Part shown: positions 28,100-36,681 of the stretch, piece by piece
Position numbering within the stretch: position 1 is the first letter of the stretch
Layout of the letters: each line of letters starts with the position of its first letter
DNA from: Acidimicrobiales bacterium
Lineage (GTDB): Bacteria; Actinomycetota; Acidimicrobiia; Acidimicrobiales; DATDAH01
Reading direction: 5' to 3'
Length of the DNA: 64,000 nucleotides
Assembly (NCBI GenBank): GCA_044221555.1
Contig: JBGAOY010000001.1
Span: 135,793 to 199,792 of the forward strand
The notes under the pieces: generated by a model
Databases searched by the model: none
What the model was told of the DNA's origin: nothing
The model's input: the letters and a program-made list of their open reading frames with translations, nothing else
Program-made: the position numbers and the translations under genes

Positions 28100-31000
28100 G
28101 CGGGCCGTCTCGGGGAGGTGGTCGGACGGGGGGCCCGAGCCCGGAGTGCCGGGCGCAGCAGGATGGCGACACAGAGGACCACCCCGACGAGCGTGGCCAC
28201 CAGCGCGCCACGGTACGTGCGCTCAGGAGCGTAGGTCAGGTCGACCACGTGCTCGCCCGCGGGGAGGGACCACGTGGCCAGGGTGCCCACGGGCCGTGCC
28301 GGGCCCAGGTCGGCGCCGTCGGCCGTGGCCCGCCAGCCGGGGTCGAAGGACTGCCCCGTGGACACGAGCGTGTCACCCGCGCTCTCCACGCGGAGCCGCA
28401 GGTGACCGGCGTCGCGTGCGAGCACCTCGACCGACGGCTCGTCCACGGCGGCAGCGGGAGCGATCGATCCGGAGGCGAGACCGACGGCGTCGACGATGGC
28501 GTCAGCGGTCGCCAGCACGTGGCGGCCGGCGGGCACGGTGATGCCATCACAGCCGGTGAACGGGACCTGCTCGCCGTCGAGGGCGCGGTCGAGATCTCCC
28601 GGTGCCAGCCGGATGCCTCTGGGGCGACCGTCCACCGTGAGCACCGTGTCGTTGCACGCGGTGCCGTCGACGTCCCCGTCGGCACGGACCGGAGGGCCGT
28701 CGCCGTCGCTGACGGCCACTTCGCTGAGGCGTGCGGGGCGGTTGCCGTTGGCGCCGCCCGCGACGGTGCTGGCCAGGCGGACGACCACCTTGTCCGCCTC
28801 GGTCGGCGGTATTTCGAGCGTGCCGGTCTGCTCGCAGTCGGTGTCGTCGCACCCTTCGGCGGTCTCGAGATCGAGCGACTCCTCCCGCCCCCCGACCAGG
28901 ACGTCGACCCGGTTGACCGGCGAGCTCTCCGCGTCGGCGGGGCTGGTCACCTGGATCCGGCTGACGGTCTGGGTCGGGAACAGGATGGTCAGCTCCTCAC
29001 CGTCGCGGGGCGGCACGGCCCAGGCGGTGGCGGGGTCGCCGTCGATCGCCGCGAGCCCACGGTTCTCGAGTGCGCCCTGCGCTCGGGTCGAGCCGTGGGC
29101 CGAGACGCCGTCGTCCCGGAACCCGGAAAGGAAGCGGTCGAGCTCGAGGTCGGTCGTGCGCACGTCGAGGCCGAGACGGCCCGAGAGATCGAAGGTGCGC
29201 GGTGCGGCCACGCGGAAGCTCCGCCGCACGACGACCTCCTCGTCCTGGGCGCCTGTGCCCTGTACACGGTCGAACAGGTAGCGCAGCGGCGCGTCGGCCA
29301 GCGCGGCGCGCAGGCGGCCGTCGGATGCGGCCGCGGTGGCGACGTCGTCGGGAATGGCGATCACCTCGGTGAGGTCGACGCCGGGGATGGCGATCTCGCG
29401 GAACCCGACCGCCGCCGTGCCGGCGCGGCTCACGTCGTCGATGCGGAGCTCCAGGAAGGTGGTCTGCCGGGCCGGGATGCGGACCTCGGTGGTGCCGCCC
29501 TCCTCGAGGTGGACGGGGACCGGCTCGCCGGAGGAGAAGTGAAGGCTGACATCGGTGACCCGGCGACCGGCGTCGCTGGGGAGAAAGGGCAGGAGCGAGA
29601 GGCGGTCGATCGTCTCCGGCTGCGCGAACTGGACACGGAGGAAGGCGCCGGTGGGGTCCTCGAGGCCGCCGGTGAGCCAACTGGTGGTGTAGTTGCCGTC
29701 GAACGCGTTCGCGGGCCGCAGCCAGGGCTGGAAGCCGGTGATCCGTGTGCCCGACGACGATGCCTCGATCGCGGTCGCATCCTGGAACTCGGCCACCGAC
29801 TGGGTCCCCGGCCGCCCGAAGAGGTCCTGGGCCGGCTGGTCGAGGTCCTGGCCTTCGCTCAGCGTGTGCGACTGGGTGGGGACGGCCCCACGGATGCGGG
29901 TGAGGCGCCGGCGGTTCGTGTCGGTGACGACGAGCGGTGATCCGTCATCGAGGGCCTGCAGCAGGGACGCGGCATCGAGGTCGCCCGTGTACGCCACCGG
30001 CCGCTGGCCGTCGAGCACGCCGGCAGCCGCGGCCACGGGCCAGGCGCCACCGTCGCCGGACACCAGCAGCGGCGGCACGTCCGGGCGGGCGAGGCCCGGG
30101 GGTGCGGTGGTGGGCGCGGCGTCGCGCACGGTGTAGATCTCGACGGGCGGGAGCGAGCGCTCGGTGGTGCCCGCGTAGGACCGGTCGGCCGGGTCGACGA
30201 CCGACTGGCCGGCGTCACCGAAGCGCCGGTCGAGCTCGAGGTCGGGGTCGTGGCGGACGAGGTCGAGGTCGCCCGGCCTGACCACCTGCGACTGCTCCCA
30301 GTCGAGGTCGTTGCGGATCAGCACCCGATCGACCCCGAGCGCTCTCGCGATCGGGCCGAGCTCGCCGGGGCCGAGCGTGCCGTCGGCGATCCTCGCCTCG
30401 AGCGCGTCGACCAGGTTCGCCGACTGCGGGCCGCTCAGGGGGAAGGCGTTGGAGATCACGTTCGGGTGGCGGTGCAGGTAGGTGTCGAAGATGTCGTCGC
30501 CCGGCTCGCCCCACCGGTAGGCGGTCTTGGTCGTGCCGGGAAGCACCAGCACGCGCCCGGAGCCGGGTCGGGCGTCGAGGTACGACAAGGCGTCCTGCCA
30601 GTACGTGGGCACGTCGCTGAGGTGGTTGCGCTCGGGGTAGAGGCCGCCGTTCCAGAACGGCAGCGACACGGCGAGCACCACCACCACGGCGACCGCGCCC
30701 GGCAGCGCCCGCCACCCGGGTCGGGTGCGTTCGAGGCGGGGGGCGGCGATGGCGACACCGACCCCCACGAGCGCGGCGACGGCCATCATCAGGCCCGAGC
30801 CGGCCTTGTAGGTGTTCCGCAGCGACGCCAGCCCCGGCACCGCGTCGTAGGCGCGGAGCAGCAGCCAGCCGGTGGGTGGTGGGTCGGACGGCGGGTACGA
30901 GCCCACCATCAGGACCAGGCTGACGAGGGCGAGGGCGCCGAACAGCGAGCGGGCGCGCCACCGTGACTTCCACAGCACCACCGCGGCGGTGACGGGAGCG

Positions 31001-31968
31001 ACGAACGTGACCAGCACGCCCAGGGCGGTCTCGTAGTAGTAGGTGCCGCCGGGCAGGCGCTCTGCGCCCGACGCGTCGCTGAAGTAGCTGAGCCAGAACC
31101 CGAGCCCCCGCCACGACTCCGCCCACGACGACGTCTCGTTGACCCGTTCGGGCAACTCGGTGAACTGCAGCCGCTGGGCCAGGGGGTCGCTGCCGAGCAG
31201 GGTCTTGGCCAGGGCCGCGGCCGTCGTGAGCACGGTGAGCGCAGCGGCGCGTGCCAACCATCCGGCCACCTGGCGCCAGGTGGCCCGACGGTCCACGACG
31301 ACGAGCCAGATCGCCGCGGGCACGAGCCACAGCACGGCGAAGAACGTGCCGGGGGTGTCGGCGTTGCCGGCCGAGAACACGAGGAGCGCGAAGCCGGCGG
31401 CCCACCGCCACGGGCGCGTGCTGCCGACGCCGCGCAGGAACATGACCAGCAGCCACGGCGCGATCGCGTAGTTCCAGAAGAGCACCGACGGCAGCAGGAA
31501 CGTCGCGGTGAAGGGGTTGAACATGTAGAGCAGGCCGGCGAGCAGCGCGGCCGGCCCGACCCTGCCCAGGAAGACCCGCAGCAGGCTCACCATGCCGAGC
31601 CCGGCGATCACCAGCACCCCGGCGTGCCAGACGTGCTCGGTGAGCGGCGCGGAGAGGCCGAGCCCGCGCAGCACGGCGATGGGGTAGCTGACGGGCCAGA
31701 ACTCCTCGCCCACCCGCCCGATCCCGCGGCTGGCGTCCCACAGGCCCGACTCGCGCAGGAGTCGGGCGGCAGGCCCCCAGAACTGCTCGAAGCGGTTGTC
31801 GCCGACGTAGTCGCCGGGGTCGTTGGTGAGGGTGGCGACGAGGGCCAGCGCCGCGAACAGCAGCCCGGTCGGCCAGAGTCGGTCGCGGGTCACGTCGGGC
31901 AGGATCCAGCCGGTCCCGGTGGACGCGGGCGCGCGCAACTGGTCGGGGGTGTCGCGCTCGTGGCTCAT
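28096..31968 (-). CDS. AftD-like giant GT-C glycosyltransferase, divergent paralog 3
   Basis: The ORF is 1290 aa with the same overall architecture: an N-terminal polytopic domain, a large extracytoplasmic region with NAFDGNYTTSWLTG and AAIDGDPATAWAVP discoidin-like motifs, and a C-terminal TM. The first loop is divergent (DYVGDNRFEQFWGPAARLLRESGLWDASRGIG). Confidence 0.6.
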   Translation of the reverse strand: MSHERDTPDQLRAPASTGTGWILPDVTRDRLWPTGLLFAALALVATLTNDPGDYVGDNRFEQFWGPAARLLRESGLWDASRGIGRVGEEFWPVSYPIAVLRGLGLSAPLTEHVWHAGVLVIAGLGMVSLLRVFLGRVGPAALLAGLLYMFNPFTATFLLPSVLFWNYAIAPWLLVMFLRGVGSTRPWRWAAGFALLVFSAGNADTPGTFFAVLWLVPAAIWLVVVDRRATWRQVAGWLARAAALTVLTTAAALAKTLLGSDPLAQRLQFTELPERVNETSSWAESWRGLGFWLSYFSDASGAERLPGGTYYYETALGVLVTFVAPVTAAVVLWKSRWRARSLFGALALVSLVLMVGSYPPSDPPPTGWLLLRAYDAVPGLASLRNTYKAGSGLMMAVAALVGVGVAIAAPRLERTRPGWRALPGAVAVVVVLAVSLPFWNGGLYPERNHLSDVPTYWQDALSYLDARPGSGRVLVLPGTTKTAYRWGEPGDDIFDTYLHRHPNVISNAFPLSGPQSANLVDALEARIADGTLGPGELGPIARALGVDRVLIRNDLDWEQSQVVRPGDLDLVRHDPDLELDRRFGDAGQSVVDPADRSYAGTTERSLPPVEIYTVRDAAPTTAPPGLARPDVPPLLVSGDGGAWPVAAAAGVLDGQRPVAYTGDLDAASLLQALDDGSPLVVTDTNRRRLTRIRGAVPTQSHTLSEGQDLDQPAQDLFGRPGTQSVAEFQDATAIEASSSGTRITGFQPWLRPANAFDGNYTTSWLTGGLEDPTGAFLRVQFAQPETIDRLSLLPFLPSDAGRRVTDVSLHFSSGEPVPVHLEEGGTTEVRIPARQTTFLELRIDDVSRAGTAAVGFREIAIPGVDLTEVIAIPDDVATAAASDGRLRAALADAPLRYLFDRVQGTGAQDEEVVVRRSFRVAAPRTFDLSGRLGLDVRTTDLELDRFLSGFRDDGVSAHGSTRAQGALENRGLAAIDGDPATAWAVPPRDGEELTILFPTQTVSRIQVTSPADAESSPVNRVDVLVGGREESLDLETAEGCDDTDCEQTGTLEIPPTEADKVVVRLASTVAGGANGNRPARLSEVAVSDGDGPPVRADGDVDGTACNDTVLTVDGRPRGIRLAPGDLDRALDGEQVPFTGCDGITVPAGRHVLATADAIVDAVGLASGSIAPAAAVDEPSVEVLARDAGHLRLRVESAGDTLVSTGQSFDPGWRATADGADLGPARPVGTLATWSLPAGEHVVDLTYAPERTYRGALVATLVGVVLCVAILLRPALRARAPRPTTSPRRPA

Positions 31969-33197
31969 GCAGTCGGCCGTACGGGCTGGCTGGCGCCGGC
32001 CGGCGTGCCGGGACGCTTGGGCAGCGTGGGCAGGCCGAGGTTGCGGAGGCGGGAGGTCGGGCGCTCGACGGTCAGGTAGGTGACCGCGGAGGCGGTGATG
32101 GAGAGCACGAGCGCGATGTAGAGGGTGGGCCAGAAGGCCGCGACCTCCTTGCCGCCGAGCCAGTCGGCGGCGTGGATGAGGAACAGCATGTGCCAGAGGT
32201 AGATGCCGTAGCTGAGCTCGCTCATGACCCGCAGCGGTCTACTACCGAGGGCGCGGTGAGAGAGCGCGGCCTCCCGTCCCAGCACCGCGGGGATGAAGAC
32301 GAACAGCGCCGCGAGGGTGTAGAGCAGGTAGCGGGCCATCTGGTCGGACGGGGTCAGCTTGAAGGCGTCGATCGGGTTGATACGCGACAGCGGCAGGTGC
32401 AGCTGGCCGAGGAGCACGAACATCCCCAGCGCCGCGCCGAAGCACACCGCGGGGCGGTCGGCGAGCCAGCGCGCCGCCCGGGGGACACCGCCGCCCTGCT
32501 CCGCCCAGGTCACTCCCACCGCGAAGGCCATGCCGAGCCCGAAGAAGTCGGCCTGGGACGGCAGCCAGATGTCGACGAGGCGCGTGGTGCCCTGGAGCAA
32601 CCAGAAGCACCGCCACACCGGTCCGATCAGGGCGAACAGGGCCACCATCATGATCTCGCCGTTGAGCCGGGCCCGCCGTGAGGTGCCGAGCCGCTTGGCG
32701 ATGGCCCGTGCCGCCAGTGCCAGGAGCGGCACGACCAGGTAGTAGCTGACGTCCACCGCGAGCGTCCACGCCGCGAGGATGCCCCGGCCGAAGGTGGCGG
32801 GGGAGTAGATCTGGAAGAGGGCGTAGACCCGGATGTAGCCCCAGAGCCCCGGCACGTTCTGGTTGCCCTGCAGGAAGTAGACGGTGACGACCACCCAGTA
32901 CAGGGGGTAGATCCGCAGCAGTCGCTGCCACAGGAACCGCCGGGTGGCGGGGGCCGGCCGGTTCTGGAGATGGCGGGCGACGAAGGGCCGGTACACGAGG
33001 AATCCGGACATGGTGAAGAAGATGACCACCGCGAAGTAGCCGGTGAAGTTGGCGCCCAGCACCGGATGGTCTTCGACGACGCGCAGCCCCTCGGCGGCGT
33101 GGCACACCACGACCAGCAGGCACGCCAGTGCGCGGTACCCGTCGAGCGGCGCGAAGCGGCCGGCCCGGCTGAGCTTGAACGGGGCCAGCGCGTTCAC
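31965..33197 (-). CDS. Acyltransferase family 3 (OafA/YrhL-like membrane O-acyltransferase), copy 1
   Basis: The ORF is 410 aa. FAPLDGYRALACLLVVVCHA and the 10-TM pattern are typical of Acyl_transf_3. Confidence 0.8.
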   Translation of the reverse strand: MNALAPFKLSRAGRFAPLDGYRALACLLVVVCHAAEGLRVVEDHPVLGANFTGYFAVVIFFTMSGFLVYRPFVARHLQNRPAPATRRFLWQRLLRIYPLYWVVVTVYFLQGNQNVPGLWGYIRVYALFQIYSPATFGRGILAAWTLAVDVSYYLVVPLLALAARAIAKRLGTSRRARLNGEIMMVALFALIGPVWRCFWLLQGTTRLVDIWLPSQADFFGLGMAFAVGVTWAEQGGGVPRAARWLADRPAVCFGAALGMFVLLGQLHLPLSRINPIDAFKLTPSDQMARYLLYTLAALFVFIPAVLGREAALSHRALGSRPLRVMSELSYGIYLWHMLFLIHAADWLGGKEVAAFWPTLYIALVLSITASAVTYLTVERPTSRLRNLGLPTLPKRPGTPAGASQPVRPTA

Positions 33198-34525
33198 GGC
33201 GGCGGCCCACCGTTCGACGGGGCGGGAGCCACCTCGGCGACCGTCGCCTGGTCCGACGTCGCCACGTCAGCGATCGCCTCGTCAGCGGTCGCGTCGTCAG
33301 CCGTCGCCGCCTGCGAGCGGCCGTGGCTCGACGACGGCAGGACGCGCGAGGTGGCCGAGAGGAGGCCGCCGAGCCGCACGCGCTGGATCGGTCGCTCGAG
33401 CAGGACCCAACTGGCCGAGGCGATGACCGCGGTGATCGCCAGCGTGGCGCCGAACAGCGGCCAGTACGAGACCGAGTCCCCTCGGTCGATCCCCTTCGTG
33501 AGCAGGTAGAGCACGAGCAGGTGCCAGAGGTAGATCCCATAGGACACCTCGCCGGTCCATCGGACCGGGACCGACCGCAGGGCGCGGCGGTACCACGTGC
33601 GCTGCTGGTTCCCGAAGACCAGCGGGGCGAGGAGCAGGAAGCCGACGAGCCCGTAGCAGACGTGGCGGGCGAGCTCGTCGCCGAGGCTGCGCGGGGCGAA
33701 GCCGGTGGGGACGTCGAGCATCGCGACCACCCACACCAGCTCGAGGGCGATGGCCACCCCGAGCAACGGGTAGCGCCCCAGGTAGCGGAAGACGGCGGGG
33801 AGCGGCCCACCGGCCTTCTGGCGGGCACGCACCACGGCGATCACCATGCCCATCGCGAAGAGGTCGGTCCAGGCCAGGAAGCCGGCCAGGGCGCCCGGGT
33901 ACACCTTGTCGGTGACGAGCCACCGGGCGGTCACCCCCACCGCGTACAACAGGACCAGGCCGAGCCATTCGGCGCTCAGCCGGCCGTCGCGCCCGATCAG
34001 GGTGCCGAGGCGGCGGATGCCCCAGGCGTACAGCGGCAGCACCACGTAGAAGGTCAGCTCGATGGTGAGGGTCCAGGCGACCGCGATGCCGGTGAGGCCG
34101 AGGGACCGCGAATACCCCTGCAGCAGCGAGACCCGGAGCAGGAGGTGGTCGGTGATCGAGGCACGGATCGCCGGCGAGGCCAGCAGGATGAACGCCGCCA
34201 GCGCCAGCCAGTAGGCGGGGAAGATCCGGAGGAACCGGCGCCGGAAGTAGGGGCCGAGGGCCGGCGCCGGGCGCCGGCCGAGGTGGGCGACGACGAAGGG
34301 CCGGTAGAGCAGGAACCCGGAGATGGCGAAGAAGATCGAGACGCCGAGCCGGCCGAGCTGGTTGGTGTAGTCGGCCACCCAGCTGTCGCCGGCGTTGACG
34401 CCCGTGGCCGGCCCCGCGACGTGGAACGCCACGACCATGATCGCCGCGGCGGCCCGCAGGCCGTCGATGCACGGGAAGTAGCGGTCGGGCTGCGAGCGCG
34501 ACGGGGCAGCGCCCGACGGTGTCAC
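33194..34525 (-). CDS. Acyltransferase family 3, copy 2
   Basis: The ORF is 443 aa. FPCIDGLRAAAAIMVVAFHV is present and the protein is colinear with copy 1. It has an acidic, Ala/Thr-rich C-terminal tail. Confidence 0.8.
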   Translation of the reverse strand: MTPSGAAPSRSQPDRYFPCIDGLRAAAAIMVVAFHVAGPATGVNAGDSWVADYTNQLGRLGVSIFFAISGFLLYRPFVVAHLGRRPAPALGPYFRRRFLRIFPAYWLALAAFILLASPAIRASITDHLLLRVSLLQGYSRSLGLTGIAVAWTLTIELTFYVVLPLYAWGIRRLGTLIGRDGRLSAEWLGLVLLYAVGVTARWLVTDKVYPGALAGFLAWTDLFAMGMVIAVVRARQKAGGPLPAVFRYLGRYPLLGVAIALELVWVVAMLDVPTGFAPRSLGDELARHVCYGLVGFLLLAPLVFGNQQRTWYRRALRSVPVRWTGEVSYGIYLWHLLVLYLLTKGIDRGDSVSYWPLFGATLAITAVIASASWVLLERPIQRVRLGGLLSATSRVLPSSSHGRSQAATADDATADEAIADVATSDQATVAEVAPAPSNGGPPP

Positions 34526-35715
34526 GGCGCCGAGGTCGTCGTCGACGAGCCCCCCGCTCCCGAACCCGAGCCGTTGCCCCCGCCACCGCCACCGCCACCG
34601 CCACCGGTGATCGGCACCCCGCCGGGCAGGCCGGCGACGAAGTCGTCGAACCGGGCATCGGTGGAGTCGGGCCCGCGAGCGGTGATGCCGACCTTGCCCG
34701 CGTCGACCTGGAAGTCGTCCACGATGGTCTTGCGGATCCGGCCGTTGATGATCACCTCGATGGTGTCGCCGCGGAGGCGCACACCCACCGTGGTGCCGTC
34801 GGCGGTGGGTGACTGGCCGGTGTTGCCCACGACCTCCTGGTCACCGTCGACGACCTTGATCACGTTCCAGGTGGCGACGTCGGGGACGGCGACGACCGCC
34901 CAGTAGTTGTACGGGCCGACGTAGCGGAACACGAGGCCCGAGTTGGTGACGACCTTGTCGAGCCGGACCTGCGCGCCCCCGTCGCCCTGGCCCAACCCGA
35001 TCACGGCGTGGTTGCGGAACTCGCCGCCCCGCACCAGGTACGCCTCGTCGGCGTCGATGCCCCAGGTGCCGGTCTCGGGGCTCCACGGCCGTCCGGGGGC
35101 GAAGTCGCCGAGCGTCGTGTCGGAGTCGGCCCGGTCGAACTGGTCGGTGGTGCCGAAGATGCCCACGTCGGTGCGGGCGTCGGCTGCGGTCGAGTCGTTG
35201 CCGCCGCCACCGCCGCCGCCACCTCCACCGTCACCACTGGTGGCGATGAGGACGCCGACGATGGCGATGGCCACGAACGCCACCACCGCCCCGACGACGA
35301 GCATCACCCGGCTGGGCCCCTCGTCGTCGAGGTCGTCGTCGTAGTCGCCCTCACCGTGGTCGAGGTCGCCGTCGCCGTCTCCCTCGGCGTCGCCGGTGTC
35401 CGTGGCCGCGTCCTTGCCGCCGACGTCGGCGTGCACGTCGAACGGCTCGGCCAGCGGTGGCAACTCGTGTGGAGCGTCCTCGTCGTCGGCCGCGTCGGTG
35501 GCGTCTGGCGTGTCGTCGTGGGCCAACCCGCCGGCGTCGGCCGGCTCGCCGGCGTCGCCCGGCCCGTCCGAGCCGTCGGTCTCGTGCCCCTCGGGGGGCG
35601 CGTCGGGCCCCTCGTCGGCCTCGTTGTCGGCGGTGGTCGCTGCACCGGGGGCGTCGCTGCCGTCGAGATCGGGGTCGGTGGCCTCGTCGTCGGCCTCGGT
35701 CTGGTTCGAAGTCAC
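34522..35715 (-). CDS. Single-pass membrane protein: acidic disordered N-terminus, TM, Gly10 linker, ConA/LamG-like jelly-roll domain, Gly10 linker
   Basis: The ORF is 397 aa. Residues about 1-135 are extremely Asp/Glu/Gly/Ala-rich. The TM is VMLVVGAVVAFVAIAIVGVLIA. The folded region reads ..WGIDADEAYLVRGGEFRNHAV..VTNSGLVFRYVGPYNYWAVV..GVRLRGDTIEVIINGR..GITARGPDSTDARFDDFV, which resembles DUF1080/LamG-type lectin folds. Confidence 0.6.
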   Translation of the reverse strand: MTSNQTEADDEATDPDLDGSDAPGAATTADNEADEGPDAPPEGHETDGSDGPGDAGEPADAGGLAHDDTPDATDAADDEDAPHELPPLAEPFDVHADVGGKDAATDTGDAEGDGDGDLDHGEGDYDDDLDDEGPSRVMLVVGAVVAFVAIAIVGVLIATSGDGGGGGGGGGGNDSTAADARTDVGIFGTTDQFDRADSDTTLGDFAPGRPWSPETGTWGIDADEAYLVRGGEFRNHAVIGLGQGDGGAQVRLDKVVTNSGLVFRYVGPYNYWAVVAVPDVATWNVIKVVDGDQEVVGNTGQSPTADGTTVGVRLRGDTIEVIINGRIRKTIVDDFQVDAGKVGITARGPDSTDARFDDFVAGLPGGVPITGGGGGGGGGGNGSGSGAGGSSTTTSAP

Positions 35716-35840
35716 AGTGGAACTATCCTAGGTTGGTCCACGTGCCCGGACGGGCCGCGCCCGCCGAAGTGTCGGCCCGGCGCCAGGTCCGTCCCCGGTC
35801 GTTCGCCCGTCCCTGTCCTCGGCCACCCCGGATCCCTTCC

Positions 35841-36644
35841 ATGAGCAACGACGCCGCCGCCACCTCGTCCCTCGAGCCCCGATCCGACGCGGTCGAGGGG
35901 CCGGCCCGACGGTTCTCCGACGTGCTGGCGTCGGTCGCCCACGTCGAGGGGTGGATGACGCCCGCGCAGGCGCGTTGGCTGTGGGACCGGGCATCGGTGC
36001 TGCGGCCTCCGGCCACCGTGGTCGAGATCGGCAGCTACCGGGGGCGGTCGGCAATCATCCTGGCCAGCGCCGCGGCACCCGGGGTGGACGTCATCGCCAT
36101 CGACCCCCACGGCGGCAACGACCGCGGCCCCCAGCAGATCAAGGCCGTCCCCGAGGAGGGCCAGCGCGACAACGACGCGTTCAACGCCAACCTCGAGGCG
36201 GCCGGGGTGGCCGACCGCGTGCGTCATGTGCGGCGGCCCAGCCAGGAGGCCCTCGACGCGGTCGAGGGGCCCGTCGACCTGCTCTACATCGACGGCGCCC
36301 ACCGGTACGGCCCCGCCCGAGACGACATCCGCCGCTGGGGCGACCGGGTGGCCGACGGGGGCACGCTGCTGATCCACGACTCGTTCAGCTCGGTCGGCGT
36401 CACCCTCGCCATCGTCACGTCGCTGTTCTTCGGGGGACGCTTCCGCTACCTCGGTCGCACCACGTCGATGACCGCCTACCGCTGCGAGCGACTGGGCGCG
36501 GCCGACCGGGCCCGGAACGCGCTGGCGCAGGCCGCGCAGCTGCCCTGGTTCGTGCGCAACGTGATCGTCAAGACGCTGATCCTGGCCAAGCTCGACTCGG
36601 TGGCCCGTCTGCTCGGCCACCACGACCAGGTCTGGCCCCACTGA
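35841..36644 (+). CDS. Class I SAM-dependent methyltransferase (Methyltransf_24-like)
   Basis: I trimmed the track ORF to the ATG at 35841 (MSNDAAATSS..). Motifs are VVEIGSYRGRSAIILA, IDPHGGND, LLYIDGAHRYGPARDDIRRWG and GGTLLIHD. Confidence 0.65.
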   Translation: MSNDAAATSSLEPRSDAVEGPARRFSDVLASVAHVEGWMTPAQARWLWDRASVLRPPATVVEIGSYRGRSAIILASAAAPGVDVIAIDPHGGNDRGPQQIKAVPEEGQRDNDAFNANLEAAGVADRVRHVRRPSQEALDAVEGPVDLLYIDGAHRYGPARDDIRRWGDRVADGGTLLIHDSFSSVGVTLAIVTSLFFGGRFRYLGRTTSMTAYRCERLGAADRARNALAQAAQLPWFVRNVIVKTLILAKLDSVARLLGHHDQVWPH

Positions 36645-36681
36645 GCCCCGCCGCGGTGAGGCAGACCCCGAGCCGGCGGCG

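Noticed and set aside
35717-35741. An imperfect inverted repeat, gtggaac..cctagg..ggtccac, in the divergent promoter region between the two glycan operons.
   Set aside because: The arms match only 6 of 7 positions and are placed asymmetrically around the CCTAGG core. That is too weak to call an operator without conservation data, though it is worth checking if a regulator is identified.
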